A stretch of DNA of 32,000 nucleotides from positions 1,230,001 to 1,262,000 of the forward strand of contig CP126532.1 in the NCBI GenBank assembly GCA_030167145.1. Reading direction: 5' to 3'. Origin of the DNA: Ktedonobacterales bacterium (lineage in GTDB: Bacteria > Chloroflexota > Ktedonobacteria > Ktedonobacterales > JADMIN01). The position numbers and the translations under genes are program-made. Positions 16,164 through 24,065 of the stretch are shown one piece after another. The first letter of the stretch is position 1; every line of letters begins with the position of its first letter. The notes beneath the pieces are model-generated. The model worked only from the letters and a program-made list of their open reading frames with translations, had not been told where the DNA came from and searched no databases.

Positions 16164-16196
16164 GTCAAGTATGTCAAAGGAATATTTGACAAATAT
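16164..16196. promoter_or_regulatory. AT-rich cluster of GTCAA/TTGAC half-sites and overlapping palindromes upstream of the ArsR-like gene (operator candidate)
   Basis: tacGTCAAgtaTGTCAAAggaataTTTGACAaatat. It contains TGTCAAA-6-TTTGACA (16172-16191) and the perfect ATATTTG-a-CAAATAT (16182-16196). It lies 60-95 nt upstream of ATG 16103 and is the most AT-rich patch in this intergenic region. Confidence 0.45.
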
Positions 16197-16260
16197 GACC
16201 GATCTTGTGACGCATGTGGCGGCGCGGTGTTGGTGTTTTGTCGTGTGTGTGTACGTTGGG

Positions 16261-16803
16261 TTAGTGTGGGGGCAGGCCTACGCCGTGATCATAGACCATT
16301 GCACCGCCGAGATAGCCGGTGACGGCGAGCATCACCACGCCGAAGACGCTGGCGACGAGGTAGAGCGCGACCAACGAGCGCGGCAGGCGCGGGGCGTAGA
16401 GCAGTGGGAAGATGATCTTGGTCTGGCGCTCGACGCCGGCGATGGCGGGCGCGGTGCGCGGGAAGGTGAGGCGGAGCCAGCCGAGGATGCGGGGGAAGAG
16501 CCAGGCAAGGCGAAGCAGCAGCAGAAGGCTGAACATCACCGAGGTGAGTACGGCGAAGGATTTGTGCAGATGCAGCAAACTGCCAGCGGGCGCGAGGTTG
16601 ACATCGCGTTCGCTGAGCCAGCCGGATAAGAGGGCGACGAGCGCACCAGGGAGGCCGAGAATCAACAGCCAGGTGGCGGCGGTGGTGAGGCCAGCGCGGC
16701 GGAGGAAGACGGCCACGAGGTCGAGCGCGACACTGGTGATGAGCAGGGCGATGGGAAAATGAACCAGAATTGGATGCAGTTCGGCAAGTCGTAGCGATGG
16801 CAT
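16261..16803 (-). CDS. DUF2231-like integral membrane protein
   Basis: The N-terminal 'HPILVHFPIALLITSVALDL' is the DUF2231 hallmark as I recall it. About 5 TM helices. It lies 70 nt downstream of the DoxX-Rieske gene. Confidence 0.68.
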   Translation of the reverse strand: MPSLRLAELHPILVHFPIALLITSVALDLVAVFLRRAGLTTAATWLLILGLPGALVALLSGWLSERDVNLAPAGSLLHLHKSFAVLTSVMFSLLLLLRLAWLFPRILGWLRLTFPRTAPAIAGVERQTKIIFPLLYAPRLPRSLVALYLVASVFGVVMLAVTGYLGGAMVYDHGVGLPPH

Positions 16804-16873
16804 GGGAGCAAACCTTCGTTATATGGAGAACTGGTGGATGATACAGCCAGGTATATCGGGGCGCATGGGACCA

Positions 16874-18190
16874 TTAGCCGCTGACGCGGATGGCGCCGGT
16901 GGCGGTGTCTACCTGGATGGGTACACTGGTGAGCGGAGTATCGGTTGGTCCCTGAATGACGGAGGCGCCCTGGGTGGGATCGAACTCAGCGCCATGGCAG
17001 GGGCAGTAGAGGATGCTGCTGCCAGGATCATACTGCACAGGGCATCCCGCGTGGGTACAGGTGGCATCGAAGGCGACGAATTTGCCATTGGGGAGATGCA
17101 CGACGATACCGGGATCGCCATTGGAGGGAATGGTGAAGTCTGCGGAACTATTGGTGGGCACCTGGCTGACCTGGGCGATGGTCGTTCCCGCCGTTCCGCT
17201 GGTGGCGGTGGCGTCGGTGGCGCTGGTGGTGGCGGCGGGTGTCTCGGCGGGTGTGGCGGTGGGGGCGGCGCTTTGGGCGCTGGCGCTTGTCTGGCGGAAC
17301 CGTGAGACGAGGAAGACCAGGGCGAGTGTGCTGCCGATACCCGCTGCTGCACCCCGCAGGAACTCGCGCCGGGTTGCCTGGGGGGTGAGTCCGCGCTGGG
17401 AGCGTGCGCGGGGATTGCGCGAGCTGGAAGCGCCGCGCTGGCCAGTGAGCGGACGAGCGGTGCGGGAGGTGGGAAGGGCGGATTGCGCTGCTGGTTGTGG
17501 CGCGGGTTGCGCGAGCGGTGTGGCGGGATCGGTGATGCCGAGCGCTGCGCGCAACACGGCCGCAACGATAGGCTGGCGGTGGGGGGGCACGCGGGCCATA
17601 ATCCAGGCTGCTAGCCGGGGATCGAGCGTGGGCCAGCCGCAGGCGGCCGCGCCAGCGAGCAGGATGGTGACCCACCCAAAGAGGAAGACGATGTCTGAGC
17701 CGTAGAAGTACGGATGGATGCGCCAGCTTGCAGAGAGGAAGAAGATCAGGCTGAGCAATGCGCCGAAGAATGCCGCTGGTCGCAGCAGCAGACCGGCCAA
17801 GGCGCCGAGGCCAATGGCTAGCTCGCCGTAGGCGATCAGCGCACCGAAGAGCTGGGCGTGAGGTGAGGCGACCTGAAGCAAGAGTCCGCGAATCGGCGAA
17901 CTTATCGCGAATGTGGTGATTTGCTTACCGACATAGCCTGGGGCTGAAGAGCGGAAGTATTGTGGGTTGGTCAGTTTTTGTAGACCGGCGTAGACGAAGG
18001 TGATGCCAAGAAAAGCGCGTAAGGGCAGCAGCACCCGCCCCGCCAGCGGCAGCCGTCCCCAGGCGGCCCAGAGGGCGCCGAGTGGCATGTGGCGTTGCGT
18101 GGGGGTGGGGCGACGCATTGGAGGAGACTGCGGTTTGGTGCGTGGGTTCATATCACCTCGTGTTCCAGGGGTATTCAGGCGCTTGTCCAT
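16874..18190 (-). CDS. DoxX-family membrane domain fused to a Tat-motif-preceded Rieske [2Fe-2S] domain
   Basis: aa ~45-185: four TM helices ('LRAFLGITFVYAGLQKL', 'LFGALIAYGELAIGLGALAGLLL', ...), DoxX/DoxD-like. aa 273-296: 'TRREFLRGAAAGIGSTLALVFLVS'. C-terminus: 'CTHAGCP...(x12)...CPCHGAEFD' Rieske ligands. The start is uncertain (ATG 18190 or ATG 18151). Confidence 0.85.
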   Translation of the reverse strand: MDKRLNTPGTRGDMNPRTKPQSPPMRRPTPTQRHMPLGALWAAWGRLPLAGRVLLPLRAFLGITFVYAGLQKLTNPQYFRSSAPGYVGKQITTFAISSPIRGLLLQVASPHAQLFGALIAYGELAIGLGALAGLLLRPAAFFGALLSLIFFLSASWRIHPYFYGSDIVFLFGWVTILLAGAAACGWPTLDPRLAAWIMARVPPHRQPIVAAVLRAALGITDPATPLAQPAPQPAAQSALPTSRTARPLTGQRGASSSRNPRARSQRGLTPQATRREFLRGAAAGIGSTLALVFLVSRFRQTSASAQSAAPTATPAETPAATTSATDATATSGTAGTTIAQVSQVPTNSSADFTIPSNGDPGIVVHLPNGKFVAFDATCTHAGCPVQYDPGSSILYCPCHGAEFDPTQGASVIQGPTDTPLTSVPIQVDTATGAIRVSG

Positions 18191-18340
18191 GCTGACCTCG
18201 CCATACGCGGCGAGCAGGGTACAGATGAAGAGGATAGCGAGGCTATCTCAAAAGAAGCTGGGAAGAAGATTGGAAAATATTCATACTTGTCGTGAGCGCG
18301 CGATATTGTGTCTGGTGAAGGCGATGGGGCAGAGCGCCCA

Positions 18341-18349
18341 TGGTAGAAT
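18341..18349 (+). promoter_or_regulatory. extended -10 promoter candidate (TGgTAGAAT) for the two-component operon
   Basis: TGGTAGAAT lies 46 nt upstream of ATG 18395. I saw no good -35. Confidence 0.35.
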
Positions 18350-18394
18350 GGGGCATTGATGTGGTGTCTGGACGCCGAAGGACATGGGCAGCCT

Positions 18395-19093
18395 ATGCGG
18401 ATACTATTGGTTGAAGATGAGATGCGGCTGGCGCACAGTTACGCGCGCAATCTGGAGGATGATGGGCATTTCGTCGAGGTGCTTCACGACGGCGAGGCCG
18501 CTTACGAGCGAATACACCGTAATGGCGGGGCATTCGATATGATGATTCTGGATGTGCTGTTGCCGGGATGCAGTGGCGTGGAGGTGTGCCGGCGAGTGCG
18601 GGCGGAAGGCATCCGAACGCCGATTTTGCTGCTGACGGCGCTCGATCAGACGGAAGACAAGGTGGCGGGGCTAGATGCGGGGGCGGATGATTACTTGACG
18701 AAGCCGTTCCCGTTCGAGGAATTGCTGGCGCGGTTGCGGGCGCTGGCGCGGCGTCCGCAGCGATACGAGCCGCTGGCGGGCACGGCACGGCTGCACGTGG
18801 GCGACCTGGTGGTGGATGTGCCACGGCATGAAGTGCGGCGGGGTGACCGGCCAATCACATTGACGGCGCGTGAGTTCGCGCTGCTGGAATATCTGGCGCG
18901 CAATGCGGGGCGTGTGCTGACGCGCCAGCAAATCACGGATCATGTCTGGCCAGACGGCACCGAGGCGGGGAGCAACGTGCTGGATACATACATGCACTAT
19001 CTGCGCGATAAGCTGGACCATGGTTTCGACGAGAAGCTGCTGCGCACAGTGCGTGGGGTAGGGTATATGCTCCGCGCGCCGGAGGAGGGGTGA
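18395..19093 (+). CDS. OmpR/PhoB-family response regulator
   Basis: 'MRILLVEDE', the phosphoacceptor region 'MMILDVLLPG', 'LLLTAL', 'DDYLTKPF' and the C-terminal winged helix 'LTAREFALLEYL...RTVRGVGYML'. I place the start at ATG 18395. Confidence 0.92.
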   Translation: MRILLVEDEMRLAHSYARNLEDDGHFVEVLHDGEAAYERIHRNGGAFDMMILDVLLPGCSGVEVCRRVRAEGIRTPILLLTALDQTEDKVAGLDAGADDYLTKPFPFEELLARLRALARRPQRYEPLAGTARLHVGDLVVDVPRHEVRRGDRPITLTAREFALLEYLARNAGRVLTRQQITDHVWPDGTEAGSNVLDTYMHYLRDKLDHGFDEKLLRTVRGVGYMLRAPEEG

Positions 19094-19099
19094 GCGCTG

Positions 19100-20638
19100 A
19101 TGAAGTTGGCTGCCTTGGTCCCCTCCTGGGCTAATCGGAGGGCCACCTGGACGTATGGGCGTCTGCGCGGGCTGTTGGGGAGACGCGCGGGCGCTGGCAT
19201 GGGGTCCAGAGCTGCGTCGCGTCCGGTGCGGGCGACGCGCAGGCGACTGGCGCTGATCAATGTGCTGGTGGTGTCGGGGATTCTGACGGCGATGGCGTTT
19301 GCGGTGTATGGCTGGGAATTGCATGCCAGCGATCAGCAGGTCAACGATCAGCTTACGCAGTGGGTGGCCCATGCGATGCCCGGTGGCGGGGTAGCGAGCG
19401 CAGATGGGCAGCCGGGCCAGGTTGGGCAGCCCGATCCACGCGATCCGCTGGACCATGACCATTACGAACCGTTCAGCCCCAATGTATTTTCGGTGACGCT
19501 CGATCAGCAGGGGCGTGTGATTGCCGATCCGGCGAATGTGGCTGCGCTGGGCCTGCCAGATCTGGCGGCGGCGGCGCCGGTGCTGAGTGGCAAGCAAACG
19601 AGTACGCTGGTGACGACGGGCAGGGACGATCACACCTTCCGCCTGTATACCGTGCCGATCTATCAGCATGGTGCAGTGGTGGGGGCGCTGCAAGCAGGGA
19701 TGTCGCTCGCGCCACGCGAGCGGCAACTACACGATCTGCTGGCCATCCTTGCCGCCGTCAGCGCGGGGATGTTGCTGCTGACGGGACTTGCCAGCTTGTT
19801 TCTCGCGGACCGGGCGTTGTTTCCGATGCGGCTGGCCTATGATCGGCAGCGCCAGTTTGCGGCGGCGGCATCGCACGAGCTACGCACGCCGCTGGCGCTG
19901 GCGCGCTCACAGGCAGAACTGGTGGAGCGCTCGCTGGGCCGTGCGCTGGCCGCTGGCGCAAATGAGGGCGCTTCCGTGGCGGTGGGCAGTGACGATCTGC
20001 GGCGCATGCGCGCGGATGTGGGAGAGATCACGGCTGAGGTGGATTACATGACGCGCCTGGTGCGTGATCTGCTGCTGCTGGCGCGGGATGCGGGCGATCA
20101 TCAGGGGGCGCTGTGGGAGTCGGTTGATCTGCGGGGGCTGGTGGCGGAGACGGCGGCGAAGCTGCAACTGCGGGCGATAGCCAACGGACTGACGCTGCGG
20201 ATGGATACGCCGCCGGAGGGGGAGACAGGTGCGGCGGTCTATGTGCGCGGCGACGGCGACCGGCTGCGCCAACTGGCACTGGCGCTGCTGGAGAATGCGA
20301 TCCATTATACGCCCGCCGGTGGGACGATTACGGCGCGGGTGGGAGTGGTACACGGCCACGGGTTGCCGGGAAAGCGCCAGAATGTGGCGCAGTTGGTGGT
20401 GGCAGATACAGGGGTGGGCATTGCACCGGAAGATATGCCACGCATCTTCGAGCCGTTTTATCGGGCTGATGCGGCGCGCGGCAGAATGGCAGGGGCGGAG
20501 AACCACAGCGGCGCGGGGCTAGGGTTGGCGCTGGCGCAGTGGATCGTGAGGGCGCACGAGGGCGAGATTGCGGCGAGGAGCACGCCAGGCAAAGGCGCGA
20601 CATTCACGGTGACGCTGCCCGAAGAGGGCGGACACTGA
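19100..20638 (+). CDS. sensor histidine kinase (HisKA + HATPase_c)
   Basis: H-box 'ASHELRTPLA', N-box 'LLENAIHYTP', G1 'DTGVGI' and G2 'GAGLGLALA'. The N-terminal TM helices flank a periplasmic segment. It starts 6 nt after the RR stop; the exact start is uncertain. Confidence 0.9.
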   Translation: MKLAALVPSWANRRATWTYGRLRGLLGRRAGAGMGSRAASRPVRATRRRLALINVLVVSGILTAMAFAVYGWELHASDQQVNDQLTQWVAHAMPGGGVASADGQPGQVGQPDPRDPLDHDHYEPFSPNVFSVTLDQQGRVIADPANVAALGLPDLAAAAPVLSGKQTSTLVTTGRDDHTFRLYTVPIYQHGAVVGALQAGMSLAPRERQLHDLLAILAAVSAGMLLLTGLASLFLADRALFPMRLAYDRQRQFAAAASHELRTPLALARSQAELVERSLGRALAAGANEGASVAVGSDDLRRMRADVGEITAEVDYMTRLVRDLLLLARDAGDHQGALWESVDLRGLVAETAAKLQLRAIANGLTLRMDTPPEGETGAAVYVRGDGDRLRQLALALLENAIHYTPAGGTITARVGVVHGHGLPGKRQNVAQLVVADTGVGIAPEDMPRIFEPFYRADAARGRMAGAENHSGAGLGLALAQWIVRAHEGEIAARSTPGKGATFTVTLPEEGGH

Positions 20639-20644
20639 CGCAGG

Positions 20645-22324
20645 TCAGGGCTGGCAGGCGCTGGTCGAATATTGGACGACGGGTGACTCGCCGGCGCTGG
20701 CGGAATCGGGGATGAAGGTGATCGTGCCCTGGTGGCCGAAGAAGAGCGAGTTGTTGGTGGCGGTGATGGTGACGCTTTCGCCGCGATCCAGTGAGCCATC
20801 TGACGGGTTGAGGGAGATGCCGGTGCCGAAGCCGCCGTCAACTGAGGCGCGCCAGTCTACGGTGTCGGGGCCGATGTTCTTCAGCGTGATGCGGGCTGAC
20901 CGCTTGCCTGATTTGCAGGCGAGGGTGATGCTGGTTGTGGAGACGCGCAGCCAGTTTTTGGGGATGGGAGTTGCGGTGGGGGATGGACGTGGGGTGATGG
21001 TGGGCGTGGCAGCACCATGCGGTCCGGCGCTGGCGCCTGGGGTGCCCGTGCCTGGGCCGAGGGCGAGGAAACCGTTCTGGCCAACCATGCCGACGACCAG
21101 CGCGATGGCCAGCAGCACGACGATGCCGCCACCCAGCAGCACCAGCAATGGCGCGGTGACGATGGCGTTGCGCCGCTGGTCCTGGGGGACGGGCCACGCA
21201 GGCGCGCCGCCAGGGTTCGGCGGGGACGGCGGATAGCCACCGCCGCGTGCGCTCTGCGGAGATAGCGGGAGACCAGGCGCGCCGATGATGGTGCGGTCGT
21301 CATCGCGGCCGGACCAGCCATCATATGTGCTGCTGGGGATGCCCCAGTCGGCCTGCGCAGTGCGCGCGGGGTCGGCGGTGAGCGCGGGGCGCAGACCGGT
21401 CGCCATTGCCGCGAGGGTGCGTCCGCCGCTGGCCTCGCGCAGCGCCCGCGCGAAGGCGCGCGCCGTCTTGGGGCGAGCGGCTGGATTTTTTTCCAGCGCC
21501 CAGTCAATCACCTGCTCGACGCGCAAGGGCAGATCGGGGCGGAAGGTGCGCAGGGGCGCGGGGGCGTCTACAACTTGTTGCGAGAGCACGGATACGACAT
21601 CTTGCCCAATGAAAGGAGGCTCGCCAGCCAGCAGGGTATAGGCGACGATGCCAAGGGCGTAGATGTCGGCTGATGCGCCCACTTGCTCGCCGCGGGCCTG
21701 TTCGGGGGCCATGTATTCGGGCGTGCCCATTGCCGCGCCGGCCTGGGTGAGTTCGGGGTTATTCGCCGCGCCAGAGCGCAGCCGCCCTTTCAGCACCGGC
21801 AGGTCGGGCGCGGCGACTGGCCGGGCGATACCAAAATCGGCGAGCATCAAGCGACCATCGGGATGTAGCAGCAGATTTGAGGGCTTCACGTCGCGATGGA
21901 CGATACCGTTGAGGTGGGCGAGGTCGAGCGCAGCCGCGATTTGCTCGATGTAGCGGGCGACGAGCGAGAGCGAGAGCTGCCCCTCGCGCTGCACGAGTTC
22001 GGCGAGCGAGCCATCGCTGAGATAGGGCATCACCAGATAGGCGATGCCCTGCTGCTCGCCGAATTCGTAGATGGGAACGATATTGGCGTGGTCAAGCGCG
22101 GCAGTGGCGTCGGCCTCGCGGCGGAAGCGGGCGAGGAAGACCTCCCACGCTTCGGGATCGCTGACGAGGCGGGAGTCCAGCACTTTGACGGCGACCTGCC
22201 GGTGGGGGCGTTCCTGGCTGGCCAGATAGACCGCGCCCATGCCGCCAGTGCCAAGCACTTCTTCGAGGACGCATGAACCCAGGCGTGAGCCGAGAAGCTC
22301 ATCGGGATTCCAGGCTGTGACCAC
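20645..22324 (-). CDS. Hanks-type Ser/Thr protein kinase with TM helix and extracytoplasmic all-beta domain
   Basis: 'LGTGGMGAVYLA', 'VAVKVL', 'HRDVKPSNLL', 'ADFGIA' and 'GTPEYMAPEQ'. TM helix 'PLLVLLGGGIVVLLAIALVVGMV'. C-terminal domain of about 110 aa bracketed by Cys. GTG start with GAAGGAAG 8 nt upstream. Confidence 0.92.
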   Translation of the reverse strand: MVTAWNPDELLGSRLGSCVLEEVLGTGGMGAVYLASQERPHRQVAVKVLDSRLVSDPEAWEVFLARFRREADATAALDHANIVPIYEFGEQQGIAYLVMPYLSDGSLAELVQREGQLSLSLVARYIEQIAAALDLAHLNGIVHRDVKPSNLLLHPDGRLMLADFGIARPVAAPDLPVLKGRLRSGAANNPELTQAGAAMGTPEYMAPEQARGEQVGASADIYALGIVAYTLLAGEPPFIGQDVVSVLSQQVVDAPAPLRTFRPDLPLRVEQVIDWALEKNPAARPKTARAFARALREASGGRTLAAMATGLRPALTADPARTAQADWGIPSSTYDGWSGRDDDRTIIGAPGLPLSPQSARGGGYPPSPPNPGGAPAWPVPQDQRRNAIVTAPLLVLLGGGIVVLLAIALVVGMVGQNGFLALGPGTGTPGASAGPHGAATPTITPRPSPTATPIPKNWLRVSTTSITLACKSGKRSARITLKNIGPDTVDWRASVDGGFGTGISLNPSDGSLDRGESVTITATNNSLFFGHQGTITFIPDSASAGESPVVQYSTSACQP

Positions 22325-22345
22325 GTGTATCGCTTCCTTCGAACG

Positions 22346-22702
22346 TTAGATCTTCGAGCGAATGGCCTGCTCGACGGTTTGCAGAATCTTGGCCCCGCCG
22401 GTTACCTCGCCCTGGACGCCCTTCTCAACATCGCGGACCGTGCTGACGAGGAAGCGGATCGCCTCGGCGGCGAGCACGGTGATGGCGGCGGCATAGCCGA
22501 GGGTTAGCCCGACGATGGCGGCGGCGATGTGGTTGATGAGGGGGATGTGCGAAAGAGATGAAGATTGCCCGACGAAAAAGAGTAGCGCTTCCATCAGCAC
22601 GAAGCCGATGATGAGAAACAGGATAAAGAACAAGAATACCTTGCCGATGGCGCGGCGCATCGCGCCCAAGAGATGAAATCCGGCGCGTTCGATACCACCC
22701 AT
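22346..22702 (-). CDS. small two-TM membrane protein, hypothetical (upstream of and probably co-transcribed with the kinase)
   Basis: I place the start at ATG 22702 (GGAGAGG about 10 nt upstream). TM helices 'VFLFFILFLIIGFVLMEALLFFV' and 'IAAAIVGLTLGYAAAITVLAA'. It ends 21 nt before the kinase GTG. Confidence 0.5.
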   Translation of the reverse strand: MGGIERAGFHLLGAMRRAIGKVFLFFILFLIIGFVLMEALLFFVGQSSSLSHIPLINHIAAAIVGLTLGYAAAITVLAAEAIRFLVSTVRDVEKGVQGEVTGGAKILQTVEQAIRSKI

Positions 22703-23015
22703 ACTGCTATTACCTCTCCACACCCACGGAACGCTCCGAGATGAGGCGCTCCGGCTATATCCTCGAACCGGTGATGCCCGCACGTGGGCCACTCCGTTGC
22801 GAGGCCCGCCGCCAGTGTAGCACGCCTGACAAGTGGTCGCTTCACGCTAGGCCATGCGTCCTATTGGGGGTGGTGAGATGGGCCGCCATGCATGCCCAAG
22901 TGCCGAGAAGGTAGCTGAATCGTCTCATCATATGAAAGGGTGACAGGACGCGCTAACACTTTGGGATTTTTCGGGCGTGAAGCGCGCCGAACACCTCATC
23001 TTGATTGACACACGG

Positions 23016-23024
23016 TGATACAAT
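23016..23024 (+). promoter_or_regulatory. extended -10 promoter candidate (TGATACAAT) for nuoJKLMN
   Basis: TG-n-TACAAT lies 93 nt upstream of the nuoJ ATG. The nearby TTGATT/TTGACA hexamers are too close (9-12 nt) to act as a normal -35. Confidence 0.4.
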
Positions 23025-23116
23025 AAGCGATGGCGACTCGCACCGGGCCGTGCGGCATGCCACCTCGCGAGAACCCTGGCAACGGCCCATTCGCACATGT
23101 GGAGGAATACCCAAGC

Positions 23117-23659
23117 ATGTCTCTGAATGTCGCGACTGTGGCGTTCTACATCATTGCCATTTTGCTCGTCGCATCGGCGCTGGCGGTGGTGTTCTTGCGC
23201 AATATCGTTCACGCCGCACTTTCGCTGGTAGCGGTTTTCGGCGCTGCCGCTGGTATTTATCTGCTCTTGAATGCCGAATTCATCGCTATTGTTCAGGTGC
23301 TCATCTATGCGGGCGCGGTGACGATTTTGATTTTCTTCGCGATCATGCTGACGCAAAACAGCATGTCGAAGAATAGCAACCCCTTTAGCGGGCAGTGGTG
23401 GCTGGCGGGGCTGATCGCGGCGCTGCTGGGCGCGGGCATTGTGTACGCGGTGGGCAGCAGCCAGATGCTGGCTGGGACGGCGAGCACGCAGCTTACCTTG
23501 GCGGGGCTTGGACCGGAGACGGGCACGGTGGTGCGGCTGGGACAGTTGCTTTACAGCCCATTTGAATACAGCTACGTGCTGCCATTTGAAATCGCCTCGG
23601 TGGTGCTGCTGGTGGCCATGGTGGGCGCGATTATGATTGGGCGCGGGGAAGAGGAATAG
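23117..23659 (+). CDS. nuoJ: NADH-quinone oxidoreductase subunit J
   Basis: I place the start at ATG 23117 (GGAGGA about 11 nt upstream). 'FYIIAILLVASALAVVFLRNIVHAALSLV' and 'NAEFIAIVQVLIYAGAVTILIFFAIML' are typical NuoJ sequences. Confidence 0.9.
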   Translation: MSLNVATVAFYIIAILLVASALAVVFLRNIVHAALSLVAVFGAAAGIYLLLNAEFIAIVQVLIYAGAVTILIFFAIMLTQNSMSKNSNPFSGQWWLAGLIAALLGAGIVYAVGSSQMLAGTASTQLTLAGLGPETGTVVRLGQLLYSPFEYSYVLPFEIASVVLLVAMVGAIMIGRGEEE

Positions 23660-23671
23660 GAGGACGCCGCG

Positions 23672-23998
23672 ATGGTCTCTCTCAACGCATTTCTGGTGCT
23701 GGGCGCGGTGGTCTTTTGCATTGGCCTCTTCGGCGCGCTCAGCAAGCGGAACGCGGTCTCGATTCTGATGTGCATTGAGATCATGCTCAATGCGGTCAAT
23801 ATCACGCTGGTGGCGTTTGCCGCCTCGCTGCAACAGCAGCACAGCCCGACTGGCCCCCGGCTGACGGGCCAGATCTTCGCCGTCTTCATCATCACGGTGG
23901 CTGCCGCAGAGGCGGCCGTCGCGCTCGCCATGATTATCGCCATCTACCGGCGGCGCAGCACCATTGACGTTGGTGAGATCAACCTCATGCGCTGGTAG
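23672..23998 (+). CDS. nuoK: NADH-quinone oxidoreductase subunit K
   Basis: 108 aa with 3 TM helices. The conserved membrane glutamates are in 'MCIEIMLNAVN' and 'VAAAEAAVALA'. AGGAGGA lies 8 nt upstream. Confidence 0.93.
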   Translation: MVSLNAFLVLGAVVFCIGLFGALSKRNAVSILMCIEIMLNAVNITLVAFAASLQQQHSPTGPRLTGQIFAVFIITVAAAEAAVALAMIIAIYRRRSTIDVGEINLMRW

Positions 23999-24065
23999 CG
24001 CCGGACTTCTTCACAGGTAGGAAGGGCCGGTCCGCTGCGCGGCCACGTAGACATCGGAGCGAAGC

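Noticed and set aside
17170-17300. GGTGGCGG-type repetitive, low-complexity DNA that looks like a tandem repeat
   Set aside because: It is the coding sequence, on the minus strand, for the Thr/Ala/Pro-rich linker between the Tat-like anchor and the Rieske domain. It is not a non-coding repeat or a CRISPR-like array.
18671-19726. 351-aa minus-strand ORF
   Set aside because: It is antisense to the response regulator and histidine kinase genes, which have complete signature motifs. Its translation is Arg/His/Pro/Gln-rich.
22793-23116. Possible small gene or sRNA in the long nuoJ upstream region (for example the 21-codon ATG ORF near 22877)
   Set aside because: It has no SD, no recognisable peptide and no convincing terminator hairpin. 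Sequence alone gives insufficient evidence. I kept only the extended -10 promoter call.
22928-23842. 304-aa minus-strand ORF
   Set aside because: It is antisense to nuoJ/nuoK and their leader. Its sequence is His/Arg/Gln-rich with no motifs. The plus-strand genes have SDs and conserved Nuo motifs.
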